A stretch of 64,000 nucleotides of DNA from an uncultured bacterium (GTDB lineage Bacteria; Patescibacteriota; Minisyncoccia; Phycocordibacterales; CAIZLB01): the NCBI GenBank assembly GCA_903848795.1, contig CAINHC010000021.1:11309-75308 (forward strand). The letters are read 5' to 3'. Position numbers and translations under genes: made by a program. Below the pieces are notes generated by a model, which ran no database searches, had not been told where the DNA came from, and saw only the letters and a program-made list of their open reading frames with translations. Of the stretch, positions 19,296-29,759 are shown one piece after another; position 1 is the first letter of the stretch, and every line of letters starts with the position of its first letter.

Positions 19296-20315
19296 TTATT
19301 CTGGATTATTCCCTTCAATTATTTTCTTTACTTCACGGTCAAAATCAGAAATGTAATTTTTGTCCTGTTCTATGCGGTATTTTTCATATTCACCAAGCGC
19401 CAAGGATTCTGCAACCTCATGACTAATCTTACCAGCATTAGTCAATATTTCATACTCACTGAAATTAAGAAAGGCGTTGAGTTTTTCTATCCAATCCGAC
19501 ATTGTCATTGCTTTACCTCGAGATGCTTGCATTTCGGCGTAGTCTAAATACATATTACCAATACGATTTAGATGATCTAACTCATTTTTATTCAAATAAT
19601 TTTTTGCTATAGTCACGTCGCTTGGCATTATTTTACCCTGCGGATATTTACGCCACGAAGTCAAACCTAGTTTTTCCTTTTTACGGCTCACTCTTTCCGC
19701 AACAATTTCTGCCGCCGTTCTACCGGTAATAGCAAAGTGTAGTTTATTTTGCACTGTTGCAAAAAATTCCTTACTTTCAAACGACTTTGGAGAATAGTCA
19801 ATCGCTGTTGCGTATATGTCTGTAATTTTTTGATATATTCTACGTTCACTCGTACGAATATCTTGTATTTCTTCATAAAGCTCATCAAAATACCGTGCGC
19901 TAAAACGAGAGCCATATTTCATACGGTCACTATCCAATGCATAACCTTTTTGGATATAACTTTTCAAAACACCAGTTGCCCATCTTCTAAATTCTGAACC
20001 TCTTTCAGAATTAACCCTATAGCCAACAGCGATGACAAGCTCGAGGCTATAACAGACGACCTTACGAACAACCTCCCTTTTCCCCTCTTTTTGAACTACC
20101 GAGAATTCCTCGGTAGTTGCATTTTTATCAAGCTCGTTCTCATTATGTATGTTCTTAATATGAAGAGACACATTGTCTGTTGAACAATCAAATAATTCTG
20201 ATATTTTTCGTAAGGTTAGCCACATATTATTCACGTCATACAAGACCTCAATATTTACCCTACCATCTTGAGATTGATAAAACGCTATTTCATTGTCTTT
20301 TATCTTTTTTATCAT
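19296..20315 (-). CDS. rhuM: RhuM family DNA-binding protein (copy 3)
   Basis: MWLTLRKISELF, IAVGYRVNS, DIRTSERR, VQNKLHFAITG, IAKNYL. Confidence 0.85.
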   Translation of the reverse strand: MIKKIKDNEIAFYQSQDGRVNIEVLYDVNNMWLTLRKISELFDCSTDNVSLHIKNIHNENELDKNATTEEFSVVQKEGKREVVRKVVCYSLELVIAVGYRVNSERGSEFRRWATGVLKSYIQKGYALDSDRMKYGSRFSARYFDELYEEIQDIRTSERRIYQKITDIYATAIDYSPKSFESKEFFATVQNKLHFAITGRTAAEIVAERVSRKKEKLGLTSWRKYPQGKIMPSDVTIAKNYLNKNELDHLNRIGNMYLDYAEMQASRGKAMTMSDWIEKLNAFLNFSEYEILTNAGKISHEVAESLALGEYEKYRIEQDKNYISDFDREVKKIIEGNNPE

Positions 20316-20414
20316 ATTTATCCTAGTATATCATACTGATAAAAATTGTAATTTTACCCATTATTTATCTTAAAAATATAATGAGGTTGAACCTGTATCT
20401 TTCGTGTTTGAGTT

Positions 20415-20462
20415 GGCTGGCCCTACCACACAAAATTAGAACCTTTTTGATGCTAGGTAAGA
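20415..20462 (+). repeat. Direct repeat copy 2
   Basis: GGCTG-N4-TACCACACAAAATTAGAACCTTTTTGATGCTAGGTAAGA. Confidence 0.8.
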
Positions 20463-20508
20463 GTAATTTCTTTCACTTTAGTCCTGAATTTACCAGATGA
20501 TTAAATAT

Positions 20509-20967
20509 TTAAAGTCTAATTATAATATAAAACCACAACATAACCATAACAATAGACAAAATCATTGATATTATAACTTGAATTTTCTGCCACTTAGTTA
20601 GGTTTACGATAGTAAGAGTTTTTTTTGATTTACTTAATAAAATCACACAGGAAATAGCTACAATAATTATTATTGGTACAAAAATTATTAAAGCAATTGC
20701 AGAGCCAACATATACCGATGTAACTGTTAGTATCGTATAAAGGATATTTAAAATTGAAAGGACACAAACAAATATAATCTCTATATCTATTATCTTTCTT
20801 AAATTTTTATTTGCATTCTCATCTACTACAACAGGAACCTTTTGATTTGAATCTCCTTTATATATAAGTTTTTTAATTCCGAGATATAAAATGAATAAAA
20901 TTGGAAGTAAAATTATTAAAAACACAAGGCTGAAGTCTGGGCTTAAATCAGATAAAAAACTAATCAT
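20509..20967 (-). CDS. Hypothetical membrane protein (about 4 TM)
   Basis: Very AT-rich, hydrophobic ORF with TGTTATTAT 6 nt before ATG. Confidence 0.6.
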   Translation of the reverse strand: MISFLSDLSPDFSLVFLIILLPILFILYLGIKKLIYKGDSNQKVPVVVDENANKNLRKIIDIEIIFVCVLSILNILYTILTVTSVYVGSAIALIIFVPIIIIVAISCVILLSKSKKTLTIVNLTKWQKIQVIISMILSIVMVMLWFYIIIRL

Positions 20968-21109
20968 GCGTTAATAATAACATCATCAATAATCAAAGCA
21001 AGCAACATTCTATTGAATAAACTGACCTTATCACAAACCACCATGCAAGAAGTTCTGACGTTCAAGACGCTTATTATAAAAAGGCTTGAAACAAAGGCGG
21101 AAATACCGG

Positions 21110-21180
21110 CTGGGAGACTAGGAATCGAACCTAGATTAAAAGCTTCAAAGGCTTCTGTCCTACCGTTAGACGATCTCCCA
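21110..21180 (-). tRNA. tRNA-Gln(TTG), CCA not encoded
   Basis: Acceptor TGGGAGA/TCTCCCA, anticodon arm GAAGC-CTTTGAA-GCTTT, T-arm CTAGG-TTCGATT-CCTAG. Confidence 0.95.
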
Positions 21181-21241
21181 ATGTTCTATACTTTAATATG
21201 AAATCAACTATAAATCAAGGGCTTTTGACTAACAAAGACTA

Positions 21242-21271
21242 TTGACTTTTCTGAATCAAACTTGCTATAAT
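21242..21271 (+). promoter_or_regulatory. sigma70 promoter with extended -10 driving a short RNA
   Basis: TTGACT-18 nt-TATAAT with TG at -15/-14. Confidence 0.7.
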
Positions 21272-21277
21272 AGCAAC

Positions 21278-21335
21278 ATGTAACCTCTTAAGTGAGGTCC
21301 CGAGGAAGCCACCCGCAAGGGTGGCTTCCGTTTTG
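21278..21335 (+). ncRNA. Candidate ~58-nt small RNA convergent on PemK/MazF gene
   Basis: Promoter, hairpin ACCTC-ttaagt-GAGGT, 11-bp stem GGAAGCCACCC-GCAA-GGGTGGCTTCC followed by GTTTT; no ORF except ATG-TAA. Confidence 0.55.
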
Positions 21336-21338
21336 TGT

Positions 21339-21742
21339 CTATCTCGCAAATGAAGCTAAGACTTTTTTAACCCTTCTAAAATCTTCAACACTCATCTCTC
21401 CAATTTTTCTAATAAATCTCTTGCTACTAATAGACCTGATTTGTGACATATTTATTGTTTTTATTACATTTTCATTATTTAAAAATTGAATGAAAAATTT
21501 ACCCTCTTTTAATGTACTTGTAGCGGAGCTACTAACAGTCCAAGATTATTAAAGACTTTTATAACCACCACAGGTCTTTCAAATCTATGGTTTTTACCAT
21601 TTATCTCAACACCAATATTTTGACCCAAATTTACCCACCAAATGTCTCTTACTTGGGGATATGAAAAACTCTCAGATTTATGAATACTGATTTTGAGATT
21701 ATTCCATTCGTTAAAAATTTCCGATATTTTATCATCACCCAT
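21339..21742 (-). pseudogene. PemK/MazF-family endoribonuclease toxin with a 1-nt frameshift
   Basis: RDIWWVNLGQNIGVEINGK...RPVVV...VAPL, then shifted frame TSTLKEG...SQIRSISSKRFIRKIG...FAR* (TAG at 21339). Confidence 0.8.
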
Positions 21743-21858
21743 ACTCTAATTATGGAATATTGAGTATAAAGAATTTTCTATTTTTTTATAAAGAAAATAC
21801 AAAGATTTTATTGAGCCTCTATTGCCTTAGATGTGCTGGAACCTTAGCTACCCCAACC

Positions 21859-22989
21859 CTACTCCAAACACTCCGCTACCACCATCTCAAGTGGCAAGGT
21901 TGGTATTGCACTCTTGCCCAATCTTCCATGTGCAATCAAAAGTCTCTCCAAAATTATGGCAATCTTTTTTGGTGACTTTAGCGCCAACCTCTCTGCATCG
22001 GTTGCGCTTCCCTTCTCTTTTTCAAAATTAATTGCCTCAGCTGGCGCACGCACCGCTCCACTACTCATACTCAAAAGCAAAGTTTTTCTAACGCTTTCCA
22101 AAACAAGTTCTGTGAAAAGTTTTACATCCCCTCCATTGTCACGAACAATATCAAGTTGAGCTAGTGCAAGCACAGCATCTCCCGTTATTATTCCCTTTGC
22201 AAAATTGTTTACCACAACGGACTTTGGTGCGCCAGTTATTTGTTCAGCCTCGGCTAGTGTAATTTCTGATTTTGCACCACTTCCCTTTACGTCTGATGAC
22301 CCACCAGCAAGCGACAAGACTTTTTGCAAAACACTGAGTGTATCTCTAAATGATCCATCCCCAAGAAGCGCAATTAAACTACCAACCTCTTCATCAATTG
22401 TAATTCCTTCTTTTTTTGCAATATCAATTGCAATCTTTTTCAAAGTTTCGACGTTCGGCTTTTTGAATTGAAAAGTCTGACATCTTGAGATAACTGTTTC
22501 TGGAAGTTTTTGCATCTCAGTTGTTGCAAGAATAAAGATGACATGCTTTGGTGGCTCTTCCAATGTTTTTAAAAATGCGTTGAATGCTGATTTGGAAAGC
22601 ATGTGCACCTCATCCAATATGTAAACCTTGTATGTAGAGTCAAATGGAATCGTATGAACTGATTCATTTAAATTTCTAATATCATCGACACTAGTATTTG
22701 ATGCAGCGTCTATTTCATATAAATCTTTCTCCGTTGTCCCAAGCTCACGTGCAAAAATTCTTGCAACACTAGTCTTCCCCGTTCCTCTTCCTCCACAAAA
22801 AAGATATGCGTGTGCTATTTTTCCAGACTTAATGGAATCTTCTAAAACTGAAACAACGTGCTCTTGTCCAATAACTTCACTGAAGTTTGCTGGGCGATAT
22901 GTTCTATATAATGATGAATGGACAGTTGGCATATGAGACCCCGCCTCTCTAACGCCTACTGTAGTGTTGTTTGTGGTTTTTGAAGACAT
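21859..22989 (-). CDS. dnaX: DNA polymerase III subunit gamma/tau
   Basis: LYRTYRP, GQEHV, GGRGTGKTS, ILDEVHML, LKTLEEPP, SRCQ. Confidence 0.95.
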   Translation of the reverse strand: MSSKTTNNTTVGVREAGSHMPTVHSSLYRTYRPANFSEVIGQEHVVSVLEDSIKSGKIAHAYLFCGGRGTGKTSVARIFARELGTTEKDLYEIDAASNTSVDDIRNLNESVHTIPFDSTYKVYILDEVHMLSKSAFNAFLKTLEEPPKHVIFILATTEMQKLPETVISRCQTFQFKKPNVETLKKIAIDIAKKEGITIDEEVGSLIALLGDGSFRDTLSVLQKVLSLAGGSSDVKGSGAKSEITLAEAEQITGAPKSVVVNNFAKGIITGDAVLALAQLDIVRDNGGDVKLFTELVLESVRKTLLLSMSSGAVRAPAEAINFEKEKGSATDAERLALKSPKKIAIILERLLIAHGRLGKSAIPTLPLEMVVAECLE

Positions 22990-23021
22990 AGAGAGAGTAT
23001 AACATTTATTTTGTAAGGCAA

Positions 23022-23079
23022 AAAGAAAATGGCTCCTAAGGCACCTGCACCCTTCGGATCCCTATTCGTATGGATACCC
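23022..23079 (-). ncRNA. Candidate small structured RNA upstream of dnaX
   Basis: Own promoter TTGATT-17-GATAAT; GC-rich rod GGGUAUC/GGUGCCU with apical CCGAAGG; U-rich end. Confidence 0.35.
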
Positions 23080-23281
23080 ATATTATCACATTTCAAATTT
23101 TAAAAATCAAATTCGATAGAATAGTATTTATCTTACGGATATTTGCGATGAATTATTAGCCCCATTTATAAAATCGACGGAAAAACCGTCAATTTTCCAT
23201 AATAGGGTTAAAAATATCGGCTGTGATTCGCAAAGTTAATCACATTTATTCTTGTGAGCCCCAGTAGTCAATCATAACAAA

Positions 23282-24487
23282 TCAATCTATTTTTGATAAA
23301 AATCGTAATATCACCTCCCTCACCTCCTCCGCGTTATTTGTCTCCATTAATTCCGCTCGTAATTCCTTTGCGCCATCGAAACCATTAACGTAAGCTTTGA
23401 AATGCTTTTTCATTACTGCAAAGTTTTTTATTCCACCTAACTCATCTTGGAATTTTTGAGTATGCTCGAGCATTACATTTAATTTCTCTTCAAGCGAAGG
23501 TTCATTTTGTACAACATCAAAATCACCGCTTGCGTTTCTTGTGATAGGTTTTTGTAATGCAGAAAAGAGCCATGGGTTTCCAAATATTCCTCTACCAATC
23601 ATCACACCATCGGCTTCTGATTCTTCTGCTTTGTTATAAGCATCAGCAACTGATGTCACATCTCCATTTCCAAAAATTAAGGTGTGCTGTTTGCCAGTCA
23701 CAATCAAATCCTTTTGAAATTCATTTCTAATCGCCACAGCTCTTTTTACATAATTCCAATCAGCTGGAACCTTCGACATTTCCTTTCTTGTGCGAGCATG
23801 AATTGTAACAACTGCGGGGCTAGCCTCTAGTATATTTCTGAGCCACGAATCTAGTTCGTCTTTATTGTATCCAACTCTGGTCTTTACGGTTATTGGAATA
23901 TTTGGCGCACCACGCTTAGCTGCAAAAATAATTTCTTTAGCCAACTTTGGATTCTTCATCATCGATGCTCCAGCTTTTTGTCTTTCAATACTCTTATCAG
24001 GACAACCCATATTCAAATCGATTCCATCATATCCTAAATCTGCGACAATTTTGCAAGCCTCTTCCATGTATTTTGGATTTGAACCAAAGAGCTGTGCAAC
24101 AATTAATTTTTCTTCTTTTTCAAATTTCAAATCTGCCAAGAGTTTTTTCTTTCCAACGGGCGATGCACGGACGAGTCCATCAGCTGAGACGAATTCTGTC
24201 CACAGTACATCTGGCTTACCATATTTGTTTATGACATATCTAAACGCGCAATCTGTAACATCCGCCATCGGCGCGAGGACACAGATCGGTCGTCCGATTG
24301 GTCTTCCGATTGGTCTTCCGATATTTTTTACATCTTCATATCCCCCGTTTTTTAAACCTCCATCCTCATGTTTAATCGATCCACACTTATTATTCAAATC
24401 ATTCCAAAATCCCAGCTGTGGTTCGACAACTGCTTTCGAATTTTTTGATGCTTTTAAAAAATATTTAAATAGATTTAATAGGTTCAT
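23282..24487 (-). CDS. dus: tRNA-dihydrouridine synthase
   Basis: LAPMADVTD, IDLNMGCP, IHART, GNGDV, DGVMIGRG..GNPW. Confidence 0.92.
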   Translation of the reverse strand: MNLLNLFKYFLKASKNSKAVVEPQLGFWNDLNNKCGSIKHEDGGLKNGGYEDVKNIGRPIGRPIGRPICVLAPMADVTDCAFRYVINKYGKPDVLWTEFVSADGLVRASPVGKKKLLADLKFEKEEKLIVAQLFGSNPKYMEEACKIVADLGYDGIDLNMGCPDKSIERQKAGASMMKNPKLAKEIIFAAKRGAPNIPITVKTRVGYNKDELDSWLRNILEASPAVVTIHARTRKEMSKVPADWNYVKRAVAIRNEFQKDLIVTGKQHTLIFGNGDVTSVADAYNKAEESEADGVMIGRGIFGNPWLFSALQKPITRNASGDFDVVQNEPSLEEKLNVMLEHTQKFQDELGGIKNFAVMKKHFKAYVNGFDGAKELRAELMETNNAEEVREVILRFLSKID

Positions 24488-24549
24488 ATTTTACAAATTT
24501 TCCATCTCGTTTTATCTTGACATTGTATCAAATTTTTAGATAAACAATA

Positions 24550-24580
24550 GGGCGCGGCGGGGGTCCTCCCCGCCGCGCCC
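24550..24580 (-). terminator. GC-rich hairpin terminator of HAD gene
   Basis: GGGCGCGGCGGGG / CCCCGCCGCGCCC perfect 13-bp stem, T-rich tail on minus strand. Confidence 0.75.
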
Positions 24581-24598
24581 AATCATGAAGTTACCAAC

Positions 24599-25387
24599 TC
24601 AAAACAACATTGGATTTTTCAAGTGCCCCCCATTGATGACATCAATGATTCTGTTATGGTATACGAAAGCACGGGCTCCAGAATTACGCATTTCTTCAAC
24701 CCATAAATCTCTCAAGCCGATTATATTCTTGATTTCATGCGTAGTAACCGCCACGGGATATATCAAACTCCGAGTAGAACTCGTAGCCTTCATGTCTCCC
24801 GAAGTGTCACCAAAATAGTAGAACGGGATTCTGCTTTCCGAATGATGAAGGTAATGCCTTCTTGCCAGTTCAGCAAGAATGGCTGATTTATCCTCCACCA
24901 CAATTACATCCACATCAAGCCCAGCCTCACGTCTGACTATATCAGCAACAGGATGAATAGAATTGAGTGTGACAACAATAACATGAAATTTATCAGCAAT
25001 TTTTCGAAGCTGTTCTGCAACGCCTGGAAACAAGTTACAGGGATTACGTTTCTCAATCTTGACAATCAAACTAGTGAATATGTCCCAAGCATCATCCAGT
25101 GGTACATAACTTGGAACTCCCCATTTATAAAGATCGGGATGGACCCCCATCTTAAATTTTTCAGCACAAGGAACACATTTGAGGTCGTCACTATACATCA
25201 TGACAATCTCAACCGCAGCTTGATGGTAGGTTCTCCAGCCTTCAAAGAGAGTGCCGTCAAAATCAAAAGCTACCAACGGCTTTGGACTATTTAATACCCC
25301 ATCGGGAATTCTTATCATTTGACACTCATCTAATCCCAATGGAAGAGTTACAAACTCCTGGTCTATAAATTTTATTCCGCTTTTCAT
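24599..25387 (-). CDS. Divergent HAD-like hydrolase
   Basis: AFDFDGTL, LFPGV, VVT, K, FGDTSGD. Confidence 0.7.
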   Translation of the reverse strand: MKSGIKFIDQEFVTLPLGLDECQMIRIPDGVLNSPKPLVAFDFDGTLFEGWRTYHQAAVEIVMMYSDDLKCVPCAEKFKMGVHPDLYKWGVPSYVPLDDAWDIFTSLIVKIEKRNPCNLFPGVAEQLRKIADKFHVIVVTLNSIHPVADIVRREAGLDVDVIVVEDKSAILAELARRHYLHHSESRIPFYYFGDTSGDMKATSSTRSLIYPVAVTTHEIKNIIGLRDLWVEEMRNSGARAFVYHNRIIDVINGGHLKNPMLF

Positions 25388-25531
25388 TCTATCTTTTTTC
25401 TATTGGTTCGTTGTTGTTTTTTATCTAATTCTCGTGAAAATTTGAAAAGGACATTTGACATAGGTCAACCCTTCTGTTGGATAGAATACTACATTAAAAC
25501 TTATGATACAATGGGCATATACAAATTATAA

Positions 25532-26977
<1,446 letters not shown>

Positions 26978-27093
26978 TTCCATTACTCTCAGCACACTTC
27001 ACCCCGCCCCCCCCCCGCACTACTCATGTGCAAAAAATTCCAAAAATTAAATTAGAAAAATTATCAATTAAGGGTTCGTAAATAAAAAAATAT

Positions 27094-28740
27094 ATGGACA
27101 CGCAAACTCAATCACAAAACATAAATCAAGATCCAGATTTTGGTACAACAGAAACTGACGGTGCCGTTATCGCAGATAGACATCACTTAAGAAAGCCGGT
27201 TGTATTAATAGTACTTGATGGTTGGGGCCATAGAGAGGATACAAAGGATAACGCACTTGCAACCGCCAATACTCCGAAGTTCCGTGAGTTTTGGAACAAT
27301 TACCCACATACACTCCTTGACGCCAGCGGACTTGCTGTTGGACTTCCAGAAGGACAAATGGGGAATAGTGAAATTGGTCATACAACAATTGGAGCGGGTC
27401 GCGCAATGGACACTGACTTAGTGAGAATCAAAAAGTCTATAGTTTCAGGCGAATACGATACCCTACCACCATTTGTAGAATTATTTAATCATGTCAAAGA
27501 GCATGATAGTACTCTGCATGTTATGGGACTCTTGAGTGACGGTGGTATTCACTCACATCAAGATCATCTTTTTGCATTTATCAGAGCCGCAAAAAATGCA
27601 GGAGTTAAAAAGCTTGCAGTCCATGTCTTTACTGATGGACGCGATACTCCTCCGCAAAGCGCAGCAAAGTATGTAGGAGAATTGGAGACAGTCCTTAAAG
27701 AAACTGGGCTTGGTCACATTGCAACAATTTGTGGTAGATACTATGCAATGGATAGAGACAATAACGCAGACAGAACTGACAAAGCAGAAGATGCGATCTT
27801 CAGTGGAATTGGTCATGATTGTGAAATTGAACCAACAGAGTATCTAGAGGCACTTTACAAAGAAGGAAAGATTGATGAGTTACTAGAGCCAATCGTATGC
27901 AAAAATGTTATTGATGGAGTTAAAGTATTTGGCACACCAACAAAAGAAGATGACGCTATTTTCTTCTTTAACTTCAGAGCAGATCGCGCTCGACAATTAA
28001 CAAGAGACATTCTTGCAAAAGCAAAGGCGATGGATTGGAAGTTTGCTGGAATGACATCATACGGTGATGAATTCCACTATCCTGTCGTCTTCCCTTCTCT
28101 TGTAATTGAAACAACTCTTGCAAAAGAAATTTCAGAAGGAGGATTTACTCAAGCTCACATTGCAGAAACTGAGAAATTCCCTCACGCAACATATTTCCTA
28201 AACGGCGGAGTTGAAAAGCCATATCCAGGTGAATCACATATTCTTTTGGCAAGCCATAAGGATGTTGCAACACACGACCTAGCTCCAAAGATGCGTGCTG
28301 AAGGAATTGCTGATAAAGCAATTGAACAAATTGAAGCTGGAACTGACTTTATCTTCATCAACTTCGCAAACGCGGACATGGTGGGTCACACAGCAAATGT
28401 TCCTGCGATAATCGAATCAGTTGAGGAAGCTGATAAGCAATTAGGTAGAGTTGTCGATTCTGTTGACGCACACGGCGGAGTTGCTTTCATTACAGCGGAC
28501 CATGGAAATGCTGAATTGAATATCGATCAAACAACTGGCAACAAACACACATCACACACAACAAATCTTGTACCGATGATTGTGACAGACAAGGCAATTA
28601 AATTGCGAGCAAAAGGAAACTCAACTAATCCAGACACACTTGGAGTTCCAACTCTTGCTGACATCGCTCCAACAATCTTCGATGAAATGCAAATCAAGAA
28701 ACCAGATTTCATGACAGGAGAGAGTTTGATTGTGAAGTAG
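27094..28740 (+). CDS. gpmI: 2,3-bisphosphoglycerate-independent phosphoglycerate mutase
   Basis: LIVLDGWG, QMGNSEIGH, GRYYAMDRD, NFRADR, DMVGHT, TADHGNAE. Confidence 0.97.
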   Translation: MDTQTQSQNINQDPDFGTTETDGAVIADRHHLRKPVVLIVLDGWGHREDTKDNALATANTPKFREFWNNYPHTLLDASGLAVGLPEGQMGNSEIGHTTIGAGRAMDTDLVRIKKSIVSGEYDTLPPFVELFNHVKEHDSTLHVMGLLSDGGIHSHQDHLFAFIRAAKNAGVKKLAVHVFTDGRDTPPQSAAKYVGELETVLKETGLGHIATICGRYYAMDRDNNADRTDKAEDAIFSGIGHDCEIEPTEYLEALYKEGKIDELLEPIVCKNVIDGVKVFGTPTKEDDAIFFFNFRADRARQLTRDILAKAKAMDWKFAGMTSYGDEFHYPVVFPSLVIETTLAKEISEGGFTQAHIAETEKFPHATYFLNGGVEKPYPGESHILLASHKDVATHDLAPKMRAEGIADKAIEQIEAGTDFIFINFANADMVGHTANVPAIIESVEEADKQLGRVVDSVDAHGGVAFITADHGNAELNIDQTTGNKHTSHTTNLVPMIVTDKAIKLRAKGNSTNPDTLGVPTLADIAPTIFDEMQIKKPDFMTGESLIVK

Positions 28741-28812
28741 ATTTCCAATCACGCGCCACTTCAGTGCATTCCAACGTCGCTCGGGCGCTGCTCGGGCTGA
28801 AAAAAAGTAATT

Positions 28813-28840
28813 AACCGCATTAGAGATGATGCGGTTTTTA
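28813..28840 (+). terminator. gpmI terminator
   Basis: AACCGCAT...ATGCGGTT-TTT. Confidence 0.55.
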
Positions 28841-28902
28841 CTTGCAACAAAAAACCGGCTTGTCAGGCCGGGCACTTAAACAGTGCAGTTTTTGAGGAAA
28901 AG

Positions 28903-29529
28903 TCACTCATGTGCGATATTCCCTTCGTCGGCTGTCCGAGTCAACAGGATGCGACAATCGTCATAATGCAGGCTGGCGTGTTCTGGGGGGAGTTCAAAGA
29001 AACGCAGTATCAATTGACCATCTTGAATCTCGGTCGTCAAAATTACAACCGCCGCCTCATTGAACTCATCCTCCGGAAAAACGCGGACTAGTGCGCGGGT
29101 AGGAAGTAACCCCCAACCGTATTCCCTGTCGTTTGCTAAATAACAGATAGCTGTGGTGGCTTCCAAGTCTCCAGCCAAACCATAATAATCACTCACATTA
29201 TATCTGCTGGTCCAGTTTAGGCATTCAATCATTCGGTCAATTTTGTCGGCAAAGGGCAACCGAGACGTATCCTCCACTGATGGCGTGCGGTTATCAACTC
29301 TGACGAAACACATAGATACCATATGTGAAAATACTGGGAATCCGTGTACTGGCCATAATAGCCGGTCAAACATCCTGATATCGCCAACAATGGTAACGTC
29401 ACCCCGCTCAGCCAGACGCGCTAGTAGACTGGAAGGATCTGCGCCTTCAAAGACGTTGAGAAGGAAGTCTGGTATTACACCAATCCCTTCCTTATCACCT
29501 GCTTGAAAAACATCTTTCGTAAGTATCAT
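28903..29529 (-). CDS. Hypothetical (orphan) protein
   Basis: 208-aa ORF with own promoter, leader and terminator; no recognisable motif. Confidence 0.55.
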   Translation of the reverse strand: MILTKDVFQAGDKEGIGVIPDFLLNVFEGADPSSLLARLAERGDVTIVGDIRMFDRLLWPVHGFPVFSHMVSMCFVRVDNRTPSVEDTSRLPFADKIDRMIECLNWTSRYNVSDYYGLAGDLEATTAICYLANDREYGWGLLPTRALVRVFPEDEFNEAAVVILTTEIQDGQLILRFFELPPEHASLHYDDCRILLTRTADEGNIAHE

Positions 29530-29759
29530 TTAGTTCTCCGTTCCAATACGTTGTTTTCCAAAACAATTTTACCTCTTAGAGCGAGGGGTAGAACTGGTTT
29601 GAACTTTGTTCTTAGACGCCATCTAATGCTCCGCGTCTGTTTTCGATAATAGAGTAGCACAGATGGGTGGATGGGGCAAAAATCGGTTATAAAATAAACA
29701 CACCTACGTTGATGTGCTTATTTATATGTAGCAGAAATTTATTTCGTAGCTATCAAAAT

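Noticed and set aside
5990-21000. Classical integron cassette array or prophage
   Set aside because: No IntI/integrase, no recurring attC sites with RYYYAAC/GTTRRRY ends, no phage genes.
21013-21489. + strand ORFs 21013-21201 and 21292-21489 as protein antitoxins
   Set aside because: The first runs antisense through the tRNA. The second crosses a terminator and is the antisense shadow of the toxin; neither has antitoxin features.
27002-27018. Poly-C tract as a phase-variation switch or G-quadruplex
   Set aside because: Intergenic, not within an identifiable promoter spacer or ORF; no evidence of function.
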